A stretch of 32,000 nt of DNA, taken from Aciduliprofundum boonei T469. GTDB taxonomy: Archaea > Thermoplasmatota > Thermoplasmata > Thermoplasmatales > Aciduliprofundaceae. The notes under the pieces are model-generated. The model was given only the letters and a program-made list of their open reading frames with translations. It did no database searches and had not been told where the DNA came from. A program made the translations under genes and the position numbers. Position 1 is the stretch's first letter. Every line of letters starts with the position of its first letter. The DNA lies in the NCBI RefSeq assembly GCF_000025665.1, contig NC_013926.1:480001-512000 (forward strand). Reading direction: 5' to 3'. Below are positions 9,550 to 16,400 of the stretch, one piece after another.

Positions 9550-9788
9550 GAAATTTCAAAATCCACCCCATACATTGATTTTATGTAATCCACAATATCT
9601 TTGAGATTTTTGCTGTGATATTCCACCTCGTTTTTCTTGGTCTTATAATAATGCCTGAAAACTTCAAATCTCCTAAAGCTCTCGTTGTACCTTATTGATA
9701 TGCGAAAGTTTCTGGGAGCATTGCCTTGGGAGGTTATGTCAACCTCATTCCCCTTTCTCAAATACTCTTCAGATATTTGGATTGTCAT
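9546..9788 (-). CDS. Hypothetical small protein (80 aa)
   Basis: ORF MTIQISEEYLRKGNEVDITSQGNAPRNFRISIRYNESFRRFEVFRHYYK..., with GGTG 8-11 nt upstream of ATG 9788. No recognisable motif. Its 3' end overlaps the convergent zinc-ribbon ORF by 4 nt. Confidence 0.35.
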   Translation of the reverse strand: MTIQISEEYLRKGNEVDITSQGNAPRNFRISIRYNESFRRFEVFRHYYKTKKNEVEYHSKNLKDIVDYIKSMYGVDFEIS

Positions 9789-9868
9789 ATTTCCCACACC
9801 ATTCTTAGTGGATAAAAAGGAATATGAAAAAGGTATAAAAAGGTTTATCAGTAAAAAATAAAAGGGTT

Positions 9869-10954
9869 TTATTTCTCTTGGAACAGGCTCTTTTCCTCAT
9901 CCTCGCTGAGATCTATTTTCTTCTCTTCTTCCTCTTTTTTCTTTTGCTCTTCCAAATCCTTTACCATTTCCTCGTAGGAAGGTATTGGTCCCAGTATATC
10001 CTTTGCATTGCCGACAATTTTTTCAATATCTCTGTAACTCATAGGTGAGATTTTCTCCTCTTTTTCCTCTCCTGCAAGATATTTTGATGTGGACTCTATA
10101 AGCTTTGAAATTTCAAACGGGAATATTATCTTAGTTGCCTGCCCATCTGCCACTTTTGTTAGGGTATCTAGAGAGAGAACACTTAATGCCTTAGAGGTTA
10201 ATGCTGCAGAGCCAAGTGATATTATCCTGTACCTCTGCGCCTCTCCCTGTGCCTGCAATATGGTGGCTAATCTCAAACCTTGTGCCTCCAGAATCTGAGC
10301 TTGTTTCTTACCTTCTGCCTCAAGAATTCTCGCCCTTTTCTTACCTTCTGCTTCTAATATCTGGCTGCGCTTTATACCGTCTGCCTTCAAGATAGCAGCT
10401 CTTCTCTCCCTCTCTGCAGCCGTCTGCGCCTCCATTGCCTGCTTAACTCTGGCGGCAGGATCAACCTCCTTTATCTCAACCGCTTCAACTTTTACTCCCC
10501 ATTTATCTGTGGCCTCATCTAATACATCTCTCAAATGGGTGTTTATTTGCTCTCTGTTGTATAGAATTTCATCCAAGTTCATGTTTCCTATTACGCTCCT
10601 GAGTGTTGTCCTTGCAAGATTTATCGTGGCAAGCTTGTAATCTTGCACTTCGAAGAATGCCTTTTCTGCATCCACAACTCTGATATAAATCACAGCATCC
10701 ACTGCAGTTGGAGAGTTATCTCTCGTAATGACTTCCTGTTTGGGCACATCCCAGGTCTGGGTTCTCATATCCATTCTAATAACCTGTGCAAAGGGCCAAA
10801 CAAAATTCAATCCCGGATTTAGAATTCCCCTGTATTTGCCCAAAAATATGTAAATTCCCCTTTCATAGGGCTTAATTATCCTTATGGAAGAGGTTAAAAT
10901 GTACACTATGATTATCGCTATGAATATCGTAACTCCTATTATCCAACCATCCAT
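9869..10954 (-). CDS. SPFH/Band 7 (stomatin/prohibitin-like) membrane protein
   Basis: N-terminal TM helix (WIIGVTIFIAIIIVYIL). SPFH core (IKPYERGIYIFLGKY...GLNFVWPF...TRDNSPTAVDAVIYIRV). Coiled-coil EA-rich repeats and an acidic/Lys-rich tail. A perfect SD GAGGTGA lies 7 nt before ATG 10954, inside the end of nfeD; the track start at 10963 is GTG. Confidence 0.9.
   Translation of the reverse strand: MDGWIIGVTIFIAIIIVYILTSSIRIIKPYERGIYIFLGKYRGILNPGLNFVWPFAQVIRMDMRTQTWDVPKQEVITRDNSPTAVDAVIYIRVVDAEKAFFEVQDYKLATINLARTTLRSVIGNMNLDEILYNREQINTHLRDVLDEATDKWGVKVEAVEIKEVDPAARVKQAMEAQTAAERERRAAILKADGIKRSQILEAEGKKRARILEAEGKKQAQILEAQGLRLATILQAQGEAQRYRIISLGSAALTSKALSVLSLDTLTKVADGQATKIIFPFEISKLIESTSKYLAGEEKEEKISPMSYRDIEKIVGNAKDILGPIPSYEEMVKDLEEQKKKEEEEKKIDLSEDEEKSLFQEK
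10229..10393 (-). repeat. Five in-frame 33-nt (11-aa) tandem repeats inside the SPFH gene
   Basis: Residues 191-245 read ILKADGIKRSQ / ILEAEGKKRAR / ILEAEGKKQAQ / ILEAQGLRLAT / ILQAQGEAQRY. The periodicity also shows at nucleotide level (ATTCTTGAGGCAGAAGGTAAGAAA recurs). Confidence 0.6.
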
Positions 10955-10959
10955 TTTAT

Positions 10960-11403
10960 TCACCTCTTCTCTCTCACTACAACATGAACTCCCTCACCCT
11001 TTATTACCACCACTCTTTTGCCAACATCTATTTCCTTATCTGCTGTGGCGCTCCAAATTTCGTTGTCTATTTTAACCTTTCCTTTTAGAGAATTTGGCAT
11101 GACTTTTGCTATCACCACTCCTTCTTTTCCCACGAGTTTATCCACGGTGGTTGTAGTTGGTAGAGTGGGCTTTGCTAAAGCGCGGTAGAAACCCATAACT
11201 GCCAGAGTGGCAATCACTGCCGTTGCCAGGGTGATTATAACCATGGGCACAACACCGATGTCTGGTATGAATATATAAACGATGCCGAGTATCACAAGCA
11301 CAGTGCCTGGAACTGCAATAAAAAACCCGGGAACAGACAGCTCTGCCAGTATAAGTAAGGCACCAATTACCAGTAGTATTATTCCCAGGGTGAGAAAGTC
11401 CAT
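10960..11403 (-). CDS. NfeD-family membrane protein (short form: TM helices plus C-terminal OB-fold)
   Basis: MDFLTLGIILLVIGALLILAELSVPGFF... gives 3-4 TM helices. They are followed by the NfeD beta-barrel (GKEGVVIAKVMPNSLKGKVKIDNEIWSATADKEIDVGKRVVVIKGEGVHVVV). It lies directly upstream of, and overlaps, the SPFH gene, the classical nfeD-SPFH operon. The track ORF reaching 11670 is an upstream read-through. Confidence 0.85.
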   Translation of the reverse strand: MDFLTLGIILLVIGALLILAELSVPGFFIAVPGTVLVILGIVYIFIPDIGVVPMVIITLATAVIATLAVMGFYRALAKPTLPTTTTVDKLVGKEGVVIAKVMPNSLKGKVKIDNEIWSATADKEIDVGKRVVVIKGEGVHVVVREKR

Positions 11404-11526
11404 ATTTGCACAATAGAAAGAGAGATATATAAATTTTTGGAAAAAATTTATCATTATTTTTGGACATAATTGTACCGCAAGGTTTATATTTTTGAAAGAG
11501 CATATCAATCTGAGGAGGTAATCCTT

Positions 11527-11640
11527 ATGGTTCCCCACAAGAAAAGGGAAGAATATGGATTGGAAAGAGATATAGAGAAGGAAGTTGAGGCAATTTTGAA
11601 GGGTGAGGAGGATATAGAGTTTCCTTCTCCAGAAGAATAA
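11527..11640 (+). CDS. Candidate small acidic protein (37 aa), unannotated-size ORF
   Basis: MVPHKKREEYGLERDIEKEVEAILKGEEDIEFPSPEE. A strong SD GAGGAGGT (11512..11519) lies 7 nt before the ATG. There is a TATA-like ggtttatattttt at about 11481..11494 and a T7 run (11660..11666) after the stop. It is below the 60-aa threshold of the ORF track. Confidence 0.35.
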   Translation: MVPHKKREEYGLERDIEKEVEAILKGEEDIEFPSPEE

Positions 11641-11672
11641 ATTCTTTATCCCTTCTTTCTTTTTTTGCAAAG

Positions 11673-11680
11673 ATTAAATA
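11673..11680 (+). promoter_or_regulatory. TATA-box candidate for rfcL (leaderless geometry)
   Basis: The attaaata centre lies about 26 nt upstream of the rfcL ATG (11702). There is no SD, which fits an archaeal leaderless mRNA. Confidence 0.35.
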
Positions 11681-11701
11681 TGGTTTTGTGCATGCTAATC
11701 T

Positions 11702-13015
11702 ATGGATATACCATGGGTTGAAAAATATAGACCTAAAAGATTGAGGGATATTGTGGGAAATACACAGGCAATAAATGAAATTTTAAGATGGGCTGAAGAG
11801 TGGGAGGCAGGCAAGCCCAGTTATAAAGCCCTAATTCTTGTTGGCAAGCCAGGATGCGGTAAGACCACAACCGCCAGGGCTTTGGCAAATGAGATGGGCT
11901 GGGGAGTTATAGAATTAAATGCATCGGATGTTAGAAATGAGGAGAAGATAAAGCAGATAGCATTGAGGGGAGCGATATATGAAACTTTCACAGATGATGG
12001 AAAATTCATATCCACTAGGAAGGGTGGAAGAAAGTTGATAATTTTTGATGAGGCAGATAATCTCTATGAAGGGGTTAAAGATGGAGACAGGGGCGGAAAA
12101 AAAGCAATAGTTGAAACGATAAAAGCATCTAAGCAACCAATAATCCTGATAGGTAATGATTATTATTCCATAACGGGTGGAACATGGGGAAAAGTTCTAA
12201 AATCCGTTGCAAAGGTTGTAAAATTCAGGGCGGTTAATAGAGCACAAATTGTAAAAGTTTTAAGAAGGATATGTGCCGCAGAGGGAATAAAATGCCAGGA
12301 TGAGGTTTTAAAGTACATAGCGGGAAAATCTGGCGGGGATTTAAGGGCAGCCATAAACGATTTGCAGGCAATCGCCGAGGGTAAGAAAGTGGTCACTGAG
12401 GACGATGTAGCCGCTCTAGGCTACAGGGATGTGAAAAATGAAATTTACAAAACAACCCTTGTTATACTCCACACTGAGCATTTTTGGGAAGCAAAGAGCA
12501 TGCTGAATAATTTAGACGAAACTCCTGATTTTGTTATGCTCTGGATTGATGAGAATATGCCTTTGGAATATACCAAGCCCGGGGATTTGGTGAGGGCATA
12601 CGAGTACCTTTCTAAGGCAGATGTTCTCCTTGGAAGAGTTATGAGGAGGCAGCATTACGCATTATGGAGCTATGCGATGGATATGATAGCTGCGGTTAGC
12701 GTGGCCAAGGAGGAGAAATACAAGAAACATCCGCGCAAGTACAATTTTCCATCTTGGCTTATGTATATGAATAGGACGAAGAAGATTAGACAGGTTAGAG
12801 ATAGCCTGGGTATGAAATTAGGGAGGATATATCATACTTCAAAGAGCGATATTCTTGAGAATATAATCTCTGATTTCTCGGTTATTTACGATAAGGATGA
12901 GAATTTAAGGAATTTTTACACCAGAATATTGCATCTCAACGAAGATGAAATAAGTTATATGACTACTAAAGATCCGAGAGAAGTTCTCAAAGAAGCAAAA
13001 AATAAAAAAGGGTGA
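11702..13015 (+). CDS. rfcL: Replication factor C large subunit
   Basis: MDIPWVEKYRPKRLRDIVGN (RFC box II), Walker A GKPGCGKTTTA, Walker B IIFDEADNL, and a sensor region GGDLRAAINDLQ. 437 aa. Confidence 0.9.
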   Translation: MDIPWVEKYRPKRLRDIVGNTQAINEILRWAEEWEAGKPSYKALILVGKPGCGKTTTARALANEMGWGVIELNASDVRNEEKIKQIALRGAIYETFTDDGKFISTRKGGRKLIIFDEADNLYEGVKDGDRGGKKAIVETIKASKQPIILIGNDYYSITGGTWGKVLKSVAKVVKFRAVNRAQIVKVLRRICAAEGIKCQDEVLKYIAGKSGGDLRAAINDLQAIAEGKKVVTEDDVAALGYRDVKNEIYKTTLVILHTEHFWEAKSMLNNLDETPDFVMLWIDENMPLEYTKPGDLVRAYEYLSKADVLLGRVMRRQHYALWSYAMDMIAAVSVAKEEKYKKHPRKYNFPSWLMYMNRTKKIRQVRDSLGMKLGRIYHTSKSDILENIISDFSVIYDKDENLRNFYTRILHLNEDEISYMTTKDPREVLKEAKNKKG

Positions 13016-13031
13016 AGGTGGGTCAGCGTAA

Positions 13032-13145
13032 TTATGCGAGAGCTTTTGCCCTTTCTGGAAATTCTATACTCATTTCCATAGATTGAAGCTCTTCTATCAT
13101 TTCGTCAATTTCTCCTATAATTTCTTCCAAATCTTTCCTTGTCAT
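13032..13145 (-). CDS. Candidate small acidic helical protein (37 aa), weakly supported
   Basis: Reverse-strand ORF MTRKDLEEIIGEIDEMIEELQSMEMSIEFPERAKALA in the 255-bp rfcL-tpiA spacer. Only a weak GGT-type SD. Below the track threshold. Confidence 0.25.
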   Translation of the reverse strand: MTRKDLEEIIGEIDEMIEELQSMEMSIEFPERAKALA

Positions 13146-13157
13146 TTCAACCACTTA

Positions 13158-13173
13158 TCAGACACATGTCTGA
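13158..13173. promoter_or_regulatory. Perfect 7-bp inverted repeat TCAGACA-ca-TGTCTGA (operator candidate)
   Basis: Read directly from the sequence. It is the only GC-containing palindrome in this spacer. It lies 13 nt upstream of the small reverse ORF and about 100 nt upstream of tpiA, next to two TATA-like elements (catatataac, gtatataaac). Confidence 0.25.
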
Positions 13174-13240
13174 CAATTGTCATATATAACTTTGATGTAT
13201 ATAAACTTTTTGCCACATCGCCATAGCTTTTTAAGAAAAA

Positions 13241-13250
13241 TTTATTTAAA
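13241..13250 (+). promoter_or_regulatory. BRE/TATA candidate for tpiA (leaderless geometry)
   Basis: A purine-rich agaaaaa is followed by tttatttaaa, centred about 26 nt upstream of the tpiA ATG (13271). No SD. Confidence 0.4.
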
Positions 13251-13270
13251 AGGCATACTTACTGCCAAGC

Positions 13271-13942
13271 ATGTGGAAAACACCAGTGCTCATTGTGAAT
13301 TTCAAACTTTACAAATCTGGAGTTGGTGAGAAAGCTCTCGAGCTTGCAAGAATCTTGGATAAAGTATCTAAGGAAAGAGGGGTAAGTATAATAGCGGCCG
13401 TCAACACTTTTGATGCTTACAGAATAAAGAATGAGGTTAAAATTCCTGTGATATTGCAACATGCCGATGCTGTTGAGTTCGGAGCGCATACGGGCAGGAT
13501 AAATGTGGAGTTGGCGAGGGAGTACAATTTGGATGGTTTGCTCATAAATCACTCTGAAAGGATGCTAAAAATATCCGATATTGATTTTCTAATTCAAAAA
13601 TCCAAGGATTTGAATATGGTCTCTGTGGTTTGTGCTAACAACTCTCGAGTGGCTGGAGCTTTAGCGTTCTTAGAGCCAGATTTCATTGCCATGGAGCCCC
13701 CCGAACTCATAGGCGGAAATGTGTCCGTATCCACTGCAAAGCCTGAAGCAATAGTGGAGACAATAGAAGCAGTTAAATCCGTTAGAAACATACCCGTGCT
13801 TGTGGGTGCGGGAATAAAAAATGGTAAAGATGTTAGAAAGGCCATAGAGTTGGGTGCTGAAGGTGTGCTTGTCGCCTCTGGAGTGGTGAAGGCAAAGGAT
13901 CCAGAAATGGCTTTGAATGACCTTATAGGAGGGATGATGTAA
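13271..13942 (+). CDS. tpiA: Triosephosphate isomerase, short archaeal type
   Basis: 223 aa. VLIVNFKLY (catalytic Lys region), LINHSERML (catalytic His/Glu block), AMEPPELIGG, VGAGIKNG. Confidence 0.9.
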   Translation: MWKTPVLIVNFKLYKSGVGEKALELARILDKVSKERGVSIIAAVNTFDAYRIKNEVKIPVILQHADAVEFGAHTGRINVELAREYNLDGLLINHSERMLKISDIDFLIQKSKDLNMVSVVCANNSRVAGALAFLEPDFIAMEPPELIGGNVSVSTAKPEAIVETIEAVKSVRNIPVLVGAGIKNGKDVRKAIELGAEGVLVASGVVKAKDPEMALNDLIGGMM

Positions 13943-13943
13943 G

Positions 13944-14627
13944 ATGGCAAAGAGAAGAAAAACACCAGAAGAGGAGGAAAGGGAAATATTCGAAGAGCCA
14001 GAATTTGATGTTAAAGAATTCCTACTAAAGGAGATGAAAAAAGCCAAGGGCATAATAATAATTTTTGTAATATCCTTAATATTGGGAATAATATCTGGGT
14101 ACATTCAGGTTTATGTTAGTGTTTATCTCGCCGCCCTCTTGGGCTTTGCAGTACTTTTTCTTTTGAAGCCAATTCTTTCAAAGATGAAGGCAGAATTTTA
14201 TGATAAAAAGACATGGTTTTATGCAATTACAATGTTTCTTTTGATATGGTTTCTGGGATGGACCATAGCGTTAAATCCTCCACTCAACGATATAAGCCCC
14301 CCACAGGTGAGAAGTGTCCAGGTTTATAATGGAACCGCTTGGATTGAAATATATTCCTCGGGCCATGGTATTAATCAAAAGAACATAAATAAGTTACATT
14401 GGGGAGGCGTGATGAGTTTAAGAGCAAAAGTTACCGATAATGTGGCTGTGGACGAAGTAAAAATCAATGGGCAAAAAGCCATGTTTAAAGATGGATATTA
14501 TGTTGTTTATAATGCAACAGTTAAAGGAAGGGTGGTAATAGAGGCATGGGATGTAAACGCAGTAAACTCGCCGAATATAAATGAGCATTATACAAAGCTC
14601 GAAATTACCGTTCCCACGGGAACTTAA
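13944..14627 (+). CDS. Hypothetical membrane protein (charged N-terminus, 3 TM helices, beta-rich extracytoplasmic C-terminal domain)
   Basis: 227 aa, starting 1 nt after the tpiA stop. Hydrophobic segments are GIIIIFVISLILGIISGYI, VYLAALLGFAVLFLL and WFYAITMFLLIWFLGWTIAL. The C-terminal part (VTDNVAVDEVKINGQKA...) looks Ig-like. Sequons NGT and NAT are present. Confidence 0.6.
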   Translation: MAKRRKTPEEEEREIFEEPEFDVKEFLLKEMKKAKGIIIIFVISLILGIISGYIQVYVSVYLAALLGFAVLFLLKPILSKMKAEFYDKKTWFYAITMFLLIWFLGWTIALNPPLNDISPPQVRSVQVYNGTAWIEIYSSGHGINQKNINKLHWGGVMSLRAKVTDNVAVDEVKINGQKAMFKDGYYVVYNATVKGRVVIEAWDVNAVNSPNINEHYTKLEITVPTGT

Positions 14628-15924
14628 AAATCAGGAATTTTGTTAATTCCACTCTATCCAATTTTTCCATAAAATTCCAGATCTCTCCGAGATTTATCTC
14701 ATTTTTTAATTTATCAAACTCCTTCCCAAGTTTGTAATTGGGTAAATTATGAAACAACACTTCCTCGATGGATGTATTCTTCCTTTGGACTTCTACAAAA
14801 AGGCGATAGCCCTTGATATAAGGACCTCTTAACGCTTTTCCCCTCCATCTTTCGATAAAGTTTTTTGAGTTTTGATGCCAAACAGGAGGGCCTTCGTGTA
14901 TTTTCACCTTCGGTAAAGCGGTTTTAGCGAGTTCAATTAAAAAATAAACTTTAGAATTTTGCACAATATAGAATGTATTTATGATTCCAAAATCTTTCAA
15001 AATTTTTGTTAAAGCTTCCATCGTTCTATTTATTTGAGGATATAGGTTGTCATCTATTATATCCGGCTTAGGAAATTCAAAAACATAGAAAAAAGTCTCA
15101 CGCTTATTTATTTCTTCCTTTATTTTCTCTTTAGATAGGGGAATTGTGGGGTTTGGAAAAAAGAAATTTTTGCTTGGTTTTTCGATATAACTTCTTGATG
15201 CGTGGATGAATAAACTCTTACTCTCTTCGCTTACAGCAGAAGCTGCGTTTCTATTTGGGTCCACGGGATCTATGAATACCACAGGATCTCTGAATTTCTT
15301 TCCTCCTTCACCTAGGTGTAAATAAACCTTCTTTCTCCATTTAGATACATTTGCCAAAACATTTTCAAAATTTCCATATTTTAAGATAAGCAACTCGGAA
15401 AGATAACCGGAGAAACCGCAAACTCTGGCTTCAGCGCCATAGATTTCGATGCCTTTTAAAAAGGCTTTTAAAAGACGAATTTCGTCTTTTTGCTCATCTT
15501 TTAAATTCTTTTTTATGTATTCCGTATGAAATGGAGTTCTATCTACGGCACTAATTTTTTCCTCCGGCTTGCTTATTTTGTAGCAGGGTACAATATCCAC
15601 TTCAAATCCGTTGTAGATACCTCGCCAGTAAGGATGCTCTGCATACTTTGCAAAGCCATCCGGAATTATGCTCTTTCCTATTTCAATACCCAAATTTTTC
15701 AAATCCTCCTTATTCAAATCTTTTGGAAATCTTAGGAATATATCTATATCTGGATTCTTTAGGTATGTGCCCTTGGCCACCGAACCCACCAAGATTGCAT
15801 CTCCTTCTAAATTTCTCTTTTTTATCTCCTCATTTGCTCTATTGAGAAGAGAATTGGCAGTATTCCAGATTAATTCATCCTCCTCTTTTGAGGGCTTAAC
15901 TCTGCGAAGAACATAATCCCTTAT
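14605..15924 (-). CDS. cca: CCA-adding enzyme (archaeal class I tRNA nucleotidyltransferase); 5' end non-canonical
   Basis: VGSVAKGTYLKNPDIDIFLRF (GS...DxD), RTPFHTEYI, YGAEARVCGFSGYLSELL, VFIDPVDPNRNAA. The track ORF starts at TTG 15792, immediately before the GS motif. However, the conserved N-terminal helices (RDYVLRRVKPSKEEDELIWNTANSLLNRANEEIKKRNLEGDAIL) are encoded in-frame upstream with no ATG, GTG or TTG. I extend the CDS to the ATA at 15924, giving 439 aa, a typical length; see findings. Confidence 0.8.
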   Translation of the reverse strand: MRDYVLRRVKPSKEEDELIWNTANSLLNRANEEIKKRNLEGDAILVGSVAKGTYLKNPDIDIFLRFPKDLNKEDLKNLGIEIGKSIIPDGFAKYAEHPYWRGIYNGFEVDIVPCYKISKPEEKISAVDRTPFHTEYIKKNLKDEQKDEIRLLKAFLKGIEIYGAEARVCGFSGYLSELLILKYGNFENVLANVSKWRKKVYLHLGEGGKKFRDPVVFIDPVDPNRNAASAVSEESKSLFIHASRSYIEKPSKNFFFPNPTIPLSKEKIKEEINKRETFFYVFEFPKPDIIDDNLYPQINRTMEALTKILKDFGIINTFYIVQNSKVYFLIELAKTALPKVKIHEGPPVWHQNSKNFIERWRGKALRGPYIKGYRLFVEVQRKNTSIEEVLFHNLPNYKLGKEFDKLKNEINLGEIWNFMEKLDRVELTKFLIFKFPWER

Positions 15925-16259
15925 CTCTTGCTCATTATGGATATTATCGCCTCCGCAGGCTCACCATTTGCCTCCTCTAATGCCTTCCTTGCTTCCTCCT
16001 CTGTGCATCCGGTCTGCTGCATCACGAGTTGAATATCCTCATCCGTATATGGCAACTCCTCCTTTTCTTCTTTTTTCTCTATCTTTTTCAATTCCCCTAC
16101 TACCTGCAGCATTTTTTGACCTTGAATTTCCATGGCCATTACTTGGGGATCTTCCACCACATAATCTCCATCTCTCGCCTTAATTATTACTTCATAGGCA
16201 TCAATTTCCTTGGCTTTAAGTTGCCTCATAAGCCTTCTCATTTCCCTTGGATTTATCAT
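15921..16259 (-). CDS. nac: Nascent polypeptide-associated complex protein (NAC domain plus C-terminal UBA)
   Basis: MINPREMRRLMRQL..., NAC beta-barrel (VIIKARDGDYVVEDPQVMAMEIQGQKMLQVVG) and UBA-like DIQLVMQQTGCTEEEARKALEEANGEPAEAI. The track start at 16268 is TTG. ATG 16259 sits about 25 nt from a TATA-like ttttaata. Confidence 0.9.
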   Translation of the reverse strand: MINPREMRRLMRQLKAKEIDAYEVIIKARDGDYVVEDPQVMAMEIQGQKMLQVVGELKKIEKKEEKEELPYTDEDIQLVMQQTGCTEEEARKALEEANGEPAEAIISIMSKR

Positions 16260-16400
16260 AATGGGCAATTCCCTTGGAGATATTAAAATTTCTCCAAAAC
16301 TTTTTCAAGTAAATTTTAAAAAATTAAAATTTATTTTACCAAGTTACTTATCAAAATGGTTAACAAATTGCTCAAAAAAATTAATTTATAGTGGAATGGA

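Noticed and set aside
11404-11670. The 5' 89 codons of the 236-aa reverse ORF 10960..11670 (MQKKKEGIKNLFFWRRKLYILL...).
   Set aside because: This part is low-complexity and Phe/Leu/Ile-rich. The NfeD homology begins exactly at the internal ATG 11403 (MDFLTLG...). The region is better explained as a promoter spacer containing a forward small ORF.
15872-15914. The ATG at 15914 as the cca start (MFFAELSPQKRRMN).
   Set aside because: It is out of frame with the conserved cca reading frame and stops after 14 codons. It would require a -1 frameshift, and there is no recognisable slippery site.
16311-16332. The AT-only inverted repeat AAATTTTA-aaaaat-TAAAATTT upstream of nrdD.
   Set aside because: It is made purely of A/T within a spacer that is more than 85 percent AT. 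Such symmetry is expected by chance, so I do not call it an operator.
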